The notes: generated by a model not told the origin, from the sequence alone. Positions 12,898-24,659 are shown, counted from the first letter of the whole stretch. The stretch is 62,931 nucleotides of DNA, filler included, from Asterionella formosa (GCA_002256025.1; 8 parts of 8 records of this genome joined end to end with filler, not necessarily neighbours in it); one strand, 5' to 3'. A program made the numbers and translations.

Positions 12898-12997
12898 ATT
12901 GCCTCAGCAATACCCTTCTCGGAGGCTACATGCCTTCTCGTCCACATGTGTACTCGCAGGCATGAGACCACCTCGGGCGTGTATTGCCTTCAGCAAT
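12898..12997 (-). mobile_element. Internally deleted copy of the CGAG hairpin element
   Basis: The reverse complement matches both ends of 18618-18806. It is bounded by ATTGCCT(T)CAGCAAT direct repeats. Confidence 0.85.
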
Positions 12998-13009
12998 TAA
13001 ATTCATGTC

Positions 13010-13130
13010 AATGCCAATTCAATTGGTGTTGATGGCGCCAATCGAATTGCAGATGCTCTCAAGAAGGTCAATCCTGTCTTGACATCTTGACAACGCTTTC
13101 TCTCAATTGTAATGCAACTGGTATTGGTTT
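13010..13130 (+). pseudogene. Second RNI-type LRR fragment
   Basis: NSIGVDGANRIADALK-VNPVLT, with a frameshift. Confidence 0.55.
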
Positions 13131-13131
13131 A

Positions 13132-14110
13132 CTAATTGAACAACTTACTATTTACTATTGATTGCTTAATAATTATAAATTTACCATCCTTTTCCATAAG
13201 AATCAAGAAAAATGAAACTAGAAATGGAGGAAAACGATTCTCTCCATGGGCCCTTGTGTTAATGGCATTCCTAGCTTGTTTCATGATCGCAACTGAGATT
13301 TTCTCGGGAGTGGAACCAGGCGACAAGTAGATATGAAGTCTCAAAGCTCCATTGGTGAGTTGATTGTCCATAGGACCTGCATGAACTGTATCACCCCGCA
13401 TTCAAAATATGTACTTGAAAGAAATGCAAAGTAACATCGCATGTTGATTCTCTGCTGCTTTACCTCTTTGATCTAAGTCAAAGGTACAGCCGATTGACTC
13501 TCTATCCCAGACATTAATGGAGAACCCACCAGAACCAAGGGACTTATACAAGAATCCCCAAGGAAGGCACACGTCAACATCATTGATTACCAGTGCTGTA
13601 TGCTGGTAGTCAAAATGTGGCTCTTGATGAACCGTTGACAAATTGACATTAGTGTGCAACAATGTACAGGTATGTGGCATACCTTTGCTGACATTGGTTG
13701 CGTTACCTGCTACAAATGGGGGCTGCGTAACAGAACCGGGAATGACCATTGACAACATTTTCCAAAAGTGGTTCACATGGTCATATGATGTGGGGTCCAA
13801 GATCTTTATTTTGTAAGTGAATGGGCCATAGACATTGCCCCACCTGTCATAGCCGCTTCACGTTTGCGAGGTGTAATGACAAGTACATGCCGTCCCACCT
13901 TCTTTCCGCCCTTTCTTTGATCACTGATAACGACCTGATTTTCTCCACTCTTTCCAACATGATGGGAAGTAGCTTATCGACATCCAAAGCCACATTCTCG
14001 TTGGCTCCGATGTGACCTTGTAGGAAAAAGCGAAGTAACTTACAGTCCAAGTTCTCCTTTATTTTTATCTAGCAACACTCGAAGTTTCCACTTCATGAGA
14101 AAACGATTGG
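13132..14110 (-). pseudogene. 2OG-Fe(II) dioxygenase-like (double-stranded beta-helix) gene, interrupted
   Basis: HQEPHFDY (HxD), then MRGDTVHAG (distal His) and ALRLHIY (Arg). An in-frame stop at 13402-13404 and a frameshift near 13800-13850. Confidence 0.6.
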
Positions 14111-14595
14111 CGTTTTCACGAAGTGGGACTGGAACAATTGAGATGTCTTTCCCAAGTTGGGTGGCACTTAAGCTGTTCGAGACGACCATTGCCGGTTTTT
14201 GGTAAAGAATGTTGTATGTGGGTGAGCAGCAACATGGAATACCACATCATTATTACCGGCGGTTCACACTGGTATACACGAATCAATAAGCAGTTGTATT
14301 CTACACAATTGCGACATAAAACAATAGTAAAGTTTTTAATGTGGCCATAAAAAGTTGTTACATCAACACACATACAGGTATACCCTGGTAACAGGTACCA
14401 GTAATATTATATGTATATGATAACATAAGTAACAGGACAATAGGTACTAAATTATCTGGATGCGGCTAGAGTTGGATATTCTTTATTGGGGTGAGAATGT
14501 ATTGAAAAATACATTACCTACCAATATAATAAAATATTTTGATGATATTATTTATTGACTACAAAAAAGAGGTATTCAATTCCATAGTGGTAGTA

Positions 14596-15072
14596 CTAAT
14601 GATTGTTACTACTATTCTGCTTGTCTGAAGCAAGCATTGCGGCTAATGCGCGATCGCTTACTTCTATACACTCAAGTTGTGCAGCATACATATGATCACG
14701 AAAAAAATCGAGAAGAATGGGCGGCTCGTGATTTAGACCACAAGCAACAAACTGTGCGGCAATCTGATCAATCTTGATCTTAATCCAGACTTCATCCTCC
14801 AAAACGGATTCAAAGTATTCAGGTAAAGGAGAAGTATTGTCTTAAGGAACGATTTTCTTGATTTCGGAAGGCTTCCGGGCATGGTCGAGAATTGATTCAT
14901 TGTACACATTGACCAACGCTTTGGCCTTCGTGTAGCATACAAACTGGCCTATTTCGCCAGCATAATTACCCTTCAAAACGGAAACTAGATCACCCATCTC
15001 CAGAGAAAGGTCTTCATCTTCGTTCTGATCAGACAACAGGTTGGGAGTTTGGGAGGCACTCATGATTATCAT
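14596..15072 (-). pseudogene. Small KOW-motif protein, frameshifted
   Basis: MGDLVSVLKGNYAGEIGQFV is KOW-like. The reading continues in another frame (14596-14802). Confidence 0.4.
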
Positions 15073-15181
15073 GTACTCTACTACCGGTATATTGCAGTAA
15101 TTTTGTACAAGATAAACTATTGCATTTTGTACCATGTAAACATAGTAGATGTCGCATTTATGACTATATTTAACCCCCTAC

Positions 15182-15708
15182 TCAAGATTCCATAGAAATA
15201 TGGACCACGACAATTAGTGCTTACATGAAACTCACTACAAAATTGACATAGAGGAATTTGTTCCATCTTGAAATGTTGTACCCTCTCCGAGAATACTGTC
15301 GCTCAAGTTTTCTCAGGTATTTCTACAAAAGATAGAAAACATTAGCTAGTTAAAGATATCAAGCTAATCACCGCGGACTCAACACTGTCTCGTTTTTGGT
15401 CATATCTTCAAAACTGAGCAAATGACGACCAAAAACAACTTCCAGCGCCGATTTCAACATTTTGTTGTCAATACTAGTGCAAAAAGTTTTGTTATTCAGC
15501 GATAATCTCGTCTAGTATGTCATTCTTCATACACGTGCGAAATAGGAATTGTTCATTGTCAATATTCGTGAAGATATTCAACTCCATAATTTCGTCATGG
15601 TCAAGATGGAGTTGCTGTCTCATCAACCCCATAGCACAGGCAGCAGTACAAACACACATGCAAGTACTGGTAGTACATAACCAGTAGTATGTATGCCAAA
15701 CATATATA
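15182..15708 (+). repeat. About 530-bp interspersed repeat, copy B
   Basis: Near-identical to 6789-7319. Preceded by TTAACCCCCTAC. Confidence 0.95.
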
Positions 15709-15963
15709 CCGGTAATATGTAATGCTATATACGGAATGTACAAAGTATATATAAGGTCTGTTGCATGTATGATGTGTTCCATGTCGAAAACGTAAGTAGA
15801 TCTGATACATTATGCATCCTATTTCTTGACAAAATGTACAGTAGTACAAATATATTTTTATTTTTCGATTTTCAATATACTACGTAAAACGAGTCATTGA
15901 AAATTTAGTTAGGAAAAGTTATAGAAGAACACCAACAAGAAGAAATGACAGAGACAAATCATA

Positions 15964-16143
15964 CCACCTGCCTTTTTCATGTAGCCCCTAGTAGGGTTCG
16001 GGGGGGGGGTGCGGCTGACAAAAAGACAGGTCCCATTGTACCGTACGGACGAATGAAACCGTTACTAATTGTGTCCATTTATTTGGTGGGCCCAATTGCA
16101 AATATCAGATAGTTTTAATGTACTATAAAATTTAATTGACATC
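15964..16143 (+). mobile_element. tRNA-derived SINE, copy 2 (5'-truncated, no head)
   Basis: CCACCTGCCTTTTTCAT...GGCTGACAAAA...TGTACTATAAAATTTAATT matches 2038-2207. Confidence 0.85.
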
Positions 16144-16144
16144 T

Positions 16145-18310
16145 TTTTGACTTCCAAAACATCAAGGGGCTGCATCTCCAAAGGACTTCATCAGACCTCA
16201 TGATTAATCTAGAATCAATGCGCGATATAGAAGCAAGTGTGTTTGGTTGAGCAGAAACAAACACTAACTGGAATCAATATGACGCACAGGCAGACTACAG
16301 GGAAACGCCTCCTGAGTATTTCAAATGAACAAACAGAGTTCTTCTCTAGCAACGTGCCTCTGCCTCAAAGTACAAACCAGGAGGGACTGCAATGCTGACC
16401 TTGACCGGCAAATGGTGTGGGAGGGCCGAGCCAGGTGGAGGAAAACATCCCTCAGGCATGGGTAGGTGGAGTTACATGGTATTGAAGGGCAAAACTGGTC
16501 AGGAACTATTAGTGATAGCTGCATATAGAGTTTCTTGTGTCTCAATGCCCCAGCATGGGGAAGGAACCACATATCATCAGAAGCATATGAATATGTCAAA
16601 AACAGGGAACATCAACCCAAATCCAAGAAAGCAGTTTACTCTAGACATGATTATGTTCATTCAAGACCACAAGGGCAGAGGAAGAGAAATTTTACTTATA
16701 CTCGATGCAAACGAGGAAGTTGGTAAAAAACACAATGCATAACGGCTCTAGTCCAGGAATGTCCTCTCTACGATATTTTAGCAACATCCCATCCTGAAAA
16801 ACAAATGCCAGTAACATTCGACAGAGGTTCAAAGACCATTGACTACATATCATTAGGAAGCATAAAGTGCAAGGAAACAATCCTGATGGCAGGCGCGCTA
16901 CCATTTTACCGCCTAATACAGACGGACCACAGAGTGATGTATGCGGAATTCGACGGGGAAAAGCTCTTTGGTTCGGACCAGTCCGCAATCATCTTGGAGA
17001 AACACAGAACATTCACATCCAATAAGCCAGCAGAGGTTGCGAAAAATCTACAGACAGCCAGTCAAAAAATACTGGCGACTCCATAACATGTCTGAAAGGA
17101 TAGAGAAACTACATGAGAATATAAAAGACAAGAAAATCCAGGAGCGAGGTGCAACAGGAATGGGAAAGTCTGGACAAGGAGATTGGCAGGGCCATGAAGA
17201 TAGGAGAAAAGGTGCTCAAGAAACCGTCTCGAAGATACGCCTGGTCCAAAACTCTACGTCGTGCGGCGTACACTAGACAATACTGGAAAAAGAGAACAAC
17301 GCTTCACAAGTACGGAATAGAAGAGACAAAAACCCTCAATACAATTAGGGAAATTGCGGGAATAAAATACGAAGACATGGGAAAAGGAGCATCCATAAAC
17401 AAACTAGAGCAGTGGGCCGAGGAAAGCAAACCAAACCCCAAGGATATTCAACGCAAGTTGGTTAACTTCAGAACCACCGAAATGAGAGCAGAGTAAGTTC
17501 AAAAACTGAAGGGCCGAACATCCTCAATGGCTTAGAAGGAGATGAGGAGACTCCAATCATTGATACATTCAGAGGAGCATCGAAAGAATGGATATGACCG
17601 ACTGAAAAGCATCTTCATTCCCAGCATGGCAGGAGCTCTCAAAAAAGTACTGATGCCAGTCAGAGACGGTCTTGAAAGTAATAGTATCACATGGAAAACA
17701 AAATTTGAAGCAGACAGACTAGAAACAACGCTTTTGGAACACTGCCACAGCCAATAAAGAAGAGCTTCAGAAACTCAGTTTGTTCATGGGCCAATGCAGG
17801 ATTTCCTAGAATTTCGTAGACTCACTCGCTCAGGCAGCAGATCAAATTCTGAGAGGTTTTATTTGAGAACTTCGACACTCACTGCTTTCAAGGAGTAAAA
17901 GAATTCGTAGCAGCAATGATAATACCCAAGGAAATTTACAAATTGAACGAAAATAAACACAGAAATCTCAAAAGCTGACTTCACAAAGGGTATAAGAGGA
18001 TGGAAAGAATCCATGTCAACATCCCCAAGTGGAAGGCACTTGGGACACTCAAAGCATTTCTTCGAGATAAGGAACTAGCAGCGGGGTTGCAAGAATGCTC
18101 AATGGTCCGGTACAACTGGGGTTTCCCCAAAAAGATGGCAACAGACAGTATCAGTTTGCTTTGTTAGAAAAAGACAAGAGGATTCCGAAAATAAGTAGTA
18201 GGCTCCGAATAATTCATCTTTTCGAAGCTGACTACAACCTGTTCCTGAAATTAATCTGGGGATGTCGCATGATTGGCAGAGCAGAGGAACACAAAGCCCT
18301 TGGCTAAGAT
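16145..18310 (+). mobile_element. Degenerate non-LTR retrotransposon ORF2 (APE endonuclease plus start of RT), Ambal-like
   Basis: Endonuclease motifs FQNIKGL, AETNTNW, GMGRWSY, VIAAYRV, NPRKQF, ILDANE, RGSKTIDY and TDHR. RT-region motifs WKESMSTSPSGRHLGH and LEKD...RLRIIHLFEADYNLFLKLIWG. Confidence 0.9.
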
Positions 18311-18417
18311 TTGCAGGGATCAAGGAAAAACAGAGGGTGTGTGCAAGGAGGCTTGGAGTGCCCAGAGAGGCCATAATGGCCCACACAGAAACGTCATGCT
18401 TGATGAATTACATGATA

Positions 18418-18620
18418 AATTATCAATCAAATCTTATAGTACATGAATGCCATCCAATAATCGCACTCGTGCCCCCAAGTAAAAAATAGACACAATTAGT
18501 ACCGGTTTTATTAGTCCGCATGAGACAGCCAACGGGACCTATCTTTTCGTCAGCCGCACCCTCCAGAACTCTAGAGACTACATCAAAAAGAAAGGTGGCG
18601 AATGCAGGAATCGAACCTGC
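18418..18620 (-). mobile_element. tRNA-derived SINE, copy 3 (B-box retained)
   Basis: Reverse complement GCAGGTTCGATTCCTGCATTCGCCACC...GCGGCTGAC...AATAAAACCGGTACTAATT...TGTACTATAAGATTTGATT. Confidence 0.85.
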
Positions 18621-18806
18621 TGAAGGCAATACACGCCCGAGGTGGTCTCTTGCCTGCGAGTATACATGTGTTCGAGGCTGGGTGGCGCGAGTAGGTTGAC
18701 CGTACGAGTGGCGCCCCCGGCGCTGCGAGAAGGTCACCCTACGAGTGCCATCCCAGTCGAGTACACATGTATACGAGAAGGCAAGTAGCCGCCGAGAAGG
18801 GTATTG
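18618..18806 (+). mobile_element. 180-nt rod-like hairpin element with five CGAG/CGAG tandem G.A motifs; possibly a non-autonomous Crypton-like element
   Basis: Manual pairing of 18627-18806 from CAATAC/GTATTG to a GGCGCC-CCC-GGCGCT apex. A second, deleted copy is at 12898-12997. The family assignment is inference. Confidence 0.75.
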
Positions 18807-18807
18807 T

Positions 18808-18907
18808 NNNNNNNNNNNNNNNNNNNNNNNNNNNNNNNNNNNNNNNNNNNNTTAATTAATTAANNNNNNNNNNNNNNNNNNNNNNNNNNNNNNNNNNNNN
18901 NNNNNNN
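18808..18907. other. Artificial contig linker N44-TTAATTAATTAA-N44 (also 37709-37808, 38976-39075, 40240-40339, 41506-41605, 60399-60498, 61665-61764)
   Basis: Identical 100-nt spacers with stops in all six frames. Confidence 0.99.
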
Positions 18908-19288
18908 TTGAGTGACTCAATGCCGGCATCATCCTTTTACGCGGGAGTACCAGGTACCGGTAGCTGGTACGGGTAGACTATCGTAGTCTACCGGATGGTG
19001 TTTTCAAGCAACGATATGCTAGCAGGTACCTGGTACACCCTCTTTCTGCTTTCGTCCCCGTCCACAAACAACACTGCAGCTTGATGTTGATTCACATGCG
19101 TTCCTCTTGCTGTTTGCAGACCAGTGAATGAGCAGCAAGTCAAGGTCTGCTAGTCTCTACAGTTCCATCTACCACGTCGACAGCATCCCCAGAACTAGAA
19201 GAGCTTTCCTATTCGAGAATAGCAACGGAAGTTGAGAAAGACAAGCTGACGTCAGATCCATCCTAAGCCGTTGCGGTTTCTCTGACCA

Positions 19289-21568
19289 ATGATGAATCAC
19301 CGCTCTGGAGGCCCACCTCCTCCACCTCCGCATACATTCAAGAGAGGAAGACCGGGCGACAATGGACCGGGCATACCTGTGAGGCCGCCGTTTGATCCAC
19401 GATTCGGCGGTAGAGAAGACAGAGGCGGCCGGGACCTTGGGAGAGGAGGAGGACGCTTCGGCGGAAGAGGACGAGGCCCCCCTCAAATGGGAAGAGTTCC
19501 ACCCATGATGTATGGGAGAGACAGGGGGCCACAGTGGCCAATGGGAAGAGATATGTTTCCTCCTGAAAGGGAAAGAGGACACCCTCCTTTTAGAGAAGGG
19601 CCACCATTGAATATGGGACGAGGACACCCAAGAGTTGATCCAAGCGGCAACAACTTCTTTTTAAATCAAAGACCGCCCCCTCCTCCACCTCAAAATGGTG
19701 ATATGGCATATAACAGAGGCCGAGAACATCCTCCAATTATGAATCAAAATCATCGGGTGGGCATGCCAGGTGGATTACAATTTCATCAGGGGATGCAGCC
19801 AATGCAACATCAACCTCCCACGATGCATATGGGAATGCCTCAAATGCCTCCTCAGTTCCATCAAAATGCCCCACAAGGTATGTATATACAAAGCCAGGGG
19901 CATCCACACGAGCATGGAGGTCAATCGCAACACCATCAGATGCCTGGACCTACATTCACACATGTACTTGTTTCTCCAGTTCCGTCACCGGCTTCGGCGT
20001 ATTCCCAGGAACAGATTGATGCAGCGTGGACAGAACACACCGCGCCAAACTCGATGAAATACTACCACAACTCGATTCTGCAAGAATCAACCTACACAAT
20101 GCCATCCGTTCTCGCTGGAAGGGTCCAACTGACAAGTTCCATCATAGATGGTGTTGACGCCAAGTCACAACTAACCTGGATTGAATATAGTGATCCTACG
20201 TCGGGAAAAACGTATTACTCGAACGGCGTTACCACAACTTGGGAAAAACCAGGTGGATTTGGTTTTTCATCTGAAATTAATCGAGCAGCACAAGGCGGCG
20301 ACGAAAAAGAGCCACCTACTAAAAAGAAAAAGGAAGCTGTCAAAAAGGAAGGAGTCTTTACTGTTAAGGCAGAGGCTCAGGCTGCCTTCAAGGGTCTTTT
20401 GCTAGCAAAGGGAATCACACCCACAAATAAATGGAACGACGTTGTTAAAATTTGCTCCGCGGATTCGACGTATGATTCCTGCCAAATCCTTTCGCTTGGG
20501 GAGAAGAAGCAAGCGTTGGCAGAGTACCAGACAAAGAGAGCAAACGAGTTGAAGAATCTTGAACGCGAGGAGAGAAAGCGAGCGAAGGACGCCTTTGTTG
20601 ATCTTTTGAGTGAAACCTTAAATTTGATCGCGAACTTTAATCCCTTGACAACGCGGCTTCGTGACGTACATGATACTTTAGTAGTGGACGATAGATTCCA
20701 AGCGGTCGAAGACGAAGGAACCCGAGAGTCTCTATTCGTTGAATTTTGCGAAGAAGTTCGGAAGCGAGAGGAACGCAAGAAGCGTAACAAAAAGCGGGAA
20801 ATGAAGGAGTCCTTTTTTGCTGTCCTCAAAGAGCACGAAGACAATGGAAAACTCACTTTTGCTTCAACGTGGTCGTCTTTTCTGGCATCTCTCGATGAGG
20901 GCGAAATTAATGACCCTCGTTTCCTCGCTTCCCCGTTAATGTCAGACTCGGACCGGGAACTTTACTTCTCCGACTACGTGATTGAATTGCAAGCTGCAGA
21001 AGATGAAAAGCGCCGGCGCATCCGTGAAGCACGCGAACGTGCCGAGACGGCACAGCGCGAAGCATTCTGCGAAACTCTTCGACGTTTGGCAGCAAATGAA
21101 ATGATTGTACCGTACAGCCGCTGGAGCACAATCGAGGAACTTGTTCACAGAGAGCCTGCATTCGGGCCAGTACAAGAACAAGACCGCAATGCCCCACGCG
21201 ACCTATTCGAAGACTTCATCAGCGAATGGAACAGTCGATATCAACACGATCGCTCGTTCATGAGACGCATCTTGTCCCTTCAGAAAAGAAATGGGCAAAC
21301 TTCGAAGATATTCACGACCGAATCTACATACGACGAATTCACTGAAAGGTTACTTTCTTCCTCAGCTGGTGTTGTAATGGACTACCAAGAATCACGCCTT
21401 ATTATAAACACTGAAGACCCTCTGTCAAGTGCGAAAATCTTTTTCAATGAACTTACAAAAGGAATATCAGAATCTCCAGCTCAACACCATTCCAGTCGGG
21501 CATTGGCGGTCGACGATTCTAGCATTGACGAAGGTGAGATTGTTGAAGATGGTGAAATCGAAGATTAA
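19289..21568 (+). CDS. PRP40: Pre-mRNA processing factor 40-like (two WW domains plus FF repeats)
   Basis: Pro/Gly/Arg-rich N-terminus. WW motifs WTEHTAPNSMKYYHN...TYTMP and WIEYSDPTSGKTYYS...TTWEKP. FF repeats AQAAFKGLL...W and DDRFQAV...RESLF. Confidence 0.88.
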   Translation: MMNHRSGGPPPPPPHTFKRGRPGDNGPGIPVRPPFDPRFGGREDRGGRDLGRGGGRFGGRGRGPPQMGRVPPMMYGRDRGPQWPMGRDMFPPERERGHPPFREGPPLNMGRGHPRVDPSGNNFFLNQRPPPPPPQNGDMAYNRGREHPPIMNQNHRVGMPGGLQFHQGMQPMQHQPPTMHMGMPQMPPQFHQNAPQGMYIQSQGHPHEHGGQSQHHQMPGPTFTHVLVSPVPSPASAYSQEQIDAAWTEHTAPNSMKYYHNSILQESTYTMPSVLAGRVQLTSSIIDGVDAKSQLTWIEYSDPTSGKTYYSNGVTTTWEKPGGFGFSSEINRAAQGGDEKEPPTKKKKEAVKKEGVFTVKAEAQAAFKGLLLAKGITPTNKWNDVVKICSADSTYDSCQILSLGEKKQALAEYQTKRANELKNLEREERKRAKDAFVDLLSETLNLIANFNPLTTRLRDVHDTLVVDDRFQAVEDEGTRESLFVEFCEEVRKREERKKRNKKREMKESFFAVLKEHEDNGKLTFASTWSSFLASLDEGEINDPRFLASPLMSDSDRELYFSDYVIELQAAEDEKRRRIREARERAETAQREAFCETLRRLAANEMIVPYSRWSTIEELVHREPAFGPVQEQDRNAPRDLFEDFISEWNSRYQHDRSFMRRILSLQKRNGQTSKIFTTESTYDEFTERLLSSSAGVVMDYQESRLIINTEDPLSSAKIFFNELTKGISESPAQHHSSRALAVDDSSIDEGEIVEDGEIED

Positions 21569-21968
21569 CAAATATCAAATCGACCAAAAGGCCGAGACTT
21601 GACCAACGGTTCTCCTTGTTGCAACGAGTGTCGATATCAAAAGGTGAGAAACAATAAGTTGAGGGGCATGGGGAAGAAACGTTGGATTTTGGTGATTTGC
21701 TGAACATACACCTGGAATAGTGTTCTAGACAAGGACTGTTGCCCCCCAATACGGTTTGAAGTAACTATGAGGTTGAATAAGATCGAATCTCCAGAAATGA
21801 TGCGTTAATGCTTGTGCTCCCATTGTATTCGTTTTGTTTGATTTTGCAGATTATATTGTATCATTTTTTGGTTTGGAAGTTGCTCTAGACATACAATCAT
21901 TCGCGTCTTCGATCATTAAGTTTGTCAAACAATATATTGTTTATCGTTTTTATGGTGTACCGCGTGAT

Positions 21969-23648
21969 TTAGATCAAAGGAGCGAGAACAACAACCCCAT
22001 GCAAGGCTGCTTGTTTCAACTCATAGTCCTTGTCCGACGATGTTCCATATCCAGATAGACATGAGACTAACCCAAAATGTTTGGCAATCCGTTTGGTCGA
22101 CGATCGGTTACTTGCCATGAGGAGAACAGCTCGGACCGCTTGTCTACTTGCTTCCTCGCTTTCCGCATGTCTTTCGCGTACTGTCCTGACAAGAAGCTCG
22201 AGAATATTTGTGGAGGCTGAGATCCGTTTGGCATTTTCTGGCTCTTGGGCCAGGTTGGCTAGGGCTTCAAACACCGCAGCCTTAACATCAGTGTTCTTAG
22301 TAGCAGCTAGTCGAATAAATATACTCAATATATTTGGCGTTTGGACCATGAAGAAACTACTTCCCGGAAGAAGCGACTGCTCGACGAGTGCTCGAGCTGT
22401 CCACAGTTGAACAAGGCGCCCCTTGGTAAAGGACATTGTCTCTATTGCTTCAAACAACTCCCGGTGGTTGGTATCCATGGGATGGACATGAGTGGAAATC
22501 CGCTTAATCGTACGAGCAGCAAGTGCTTTCAATTGTTCGGAAGAGCTGCATGTTGCTACTTTCGCCAGTTCCATGAGCAATCCAGAATATGCCATGAAAT
22601 GATGAGCTGTCTCGGCACAAATTAAGTTCGACATGGTTTGAAGGCATTCACGCTTTGTCGGAGTGGATGGCGAGGGGATGATCACAAGGCGAATAATTGC
22701 CGCCATGATTTCAGGACCCGACATTTTCCTCCGAAGACTAGCCTCTATTGACAACTGTTTCAACGAGCCCACAGCATAATGACAAGCGCTGGTATTACGG
22801 GATCGACACTGCTTTACCAATATGCCCAAAGAGCGAGGCCTAGTGATGTATTCAGCTCTATTCCGTGCATCACAAAGAAGACCCTCGATGATCTTCATGC
22901 ACTCTGTAACCACGTGAGGGCATTTGTCGTTGTATGATCGGTCCATGATGGCATCAATAAGGCCTGGAAATTGCATAATCGTGACTCGGTTATCAGGATG
23001 CTTTGACAACTGAGCAATGAAATGCAAGGCGCTCAGATGGATTGAAGTCTTCAGTGATGTTCCAACACGAATGGCCCTCACTGCTAAGAGGAGAAGCGTT
23101 TCCTTGTCAGTATAATCATTGAGCGGAATCGAATGTATACACAATCGCATCCAAAGGCGGACGGCTTCACGCGAGCATTTGTCAGTCGGTTCCATTCGAC
23201 AAGTCGACGCGATTATTGGGATGAGTAAGATAACTATTTCTTTCATGCTTGAAGTGATAGTAATTATAGCCGTTTCCTTGGAGCACCTAAAAATCATTGT
23301 CGCCAGGCTACAAATTTTTTCTGCTTCTTTGGCACCTTGTTCCGATGTGATGGCGTTTTGGAGACATTTCATCAGCACCCCAATAAAACCCGCCTGAACT
23401 GTCATGTCATGTGATTCAGCGTTGAAGTGATCAAACGAAATCAAGGCGAGCTGAAGCACATTGAGCCGCTGTCTTCCCGTCGTGGCAACCTTTATAGCTG
23501 GTAGTGGATAAGACAACGACGAGTCCGAATTGTTTCGTTAGCAAGTAACAATCTGCCTCATCACTGTGAATGCAGGAAATTAATCCAACGCACCTTCAAT
23601 CAGTCTTCGTGATTGATCACTATATTGAGACTTTGTCGAAACCGACAT
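21969..23648 (-). CDS. Armadillo-repeat protein; exons 23648-23594 and 23497-21969
   Basis: Helical ARM-like repeats (ALANLAQEPENAKRI). In-frame GT...CTAAC...CAG intron at 23593-23498. Confidence 0.8.
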
Positions 23649-24659
23649 GCTTTAATGACTACGATGGAGCAAGTGATTAAATTGTGATGCAAAGTTCACA
23701 TCTCCTTTTGTCGTTTATGAACCACATCGTAGCTATTCGAATCTGAACAACGGTCACATCATAGGGTGCATCAAAATCTCTTTGAAACATGTGTTAATAC
23801 TGTATGTGCTTGAAGCCATAAGGTGTTGTAGATCCTAAGGATGGTCACTCTGAACATTCTGTGGAAGAGTTCGTCACTTTGAATGATGCGGATTTTTTCA
23901 AATTAAGGGCTTGATGACATTCATATTATGCAGCCTTATTATTACGGGTATATATGTTATGATCATTTAACGATAGACTACCCGGTAGTCGTCTACCCGA
24001 ACGCAAACGAAATATACCCGTTATCTTAGGTACACGCTCGGCCGAATCCTGAGCACCTTGTACAGTATCCTACATAGGGTTACGGTTAACGGTTTTGCTT
24101 CCGCCCTTTATGTACATACTCCCAAAACCGACAAATATTTTCCTACTATTCAGCCATTAAAAAGAAATCAAAGTATGAAACTTTTAACGGTTCGCGCCCG
24201 CCGGCTGTATAAAGGCGACTGGACAAAATTTGATAAATTCAGATAATTAGGGACAAAACAGGTTATAACGAATTGTTATTTTGGGTTAAAGTCCTAAGGG
24301 ACTAACTTAGTTCAAGCAAATGGACTGCTGTACTTTTGCAAAATTATGTGTAAGAGACAATCACATTTCAATTTGTTCAAAATCAATAGAATAAATCTAC
24401 AATAACAAAAATAATGATAAAATTAGTCAATCAAATAATTGCATCACAACATTGTCTATGTTGATACTTTCTATAGAATGCTAGTATTATCAAACCAACA
24501 AGCAAGAACAAGCAATTCACCTTTTTTGCTTGTCTCAGCTGGATGCTGTAAATAATCGCAACCTTGCTTGGCTGCTCATACTTACATGAATCCCTGTAAC
24601 TAATAGATTGATTCATAGCAACGGCACCAGCTGCTCATTCTCATTGCTCCGATTGATTG

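Noticed and set aside
18852..18863. TTAATTAATTAA as a biological motif
   Set aside because: It is an artificial six-frame-stop linker centred in the N runs.
20377..20856. Antisense and alternative-frame ORFs overlapping the long host genes (e.g. 20377-20856, 40594-41163, 51409-51885)
   Set aside because: Shadow ORFs of well-supported genes with no independent motifs.
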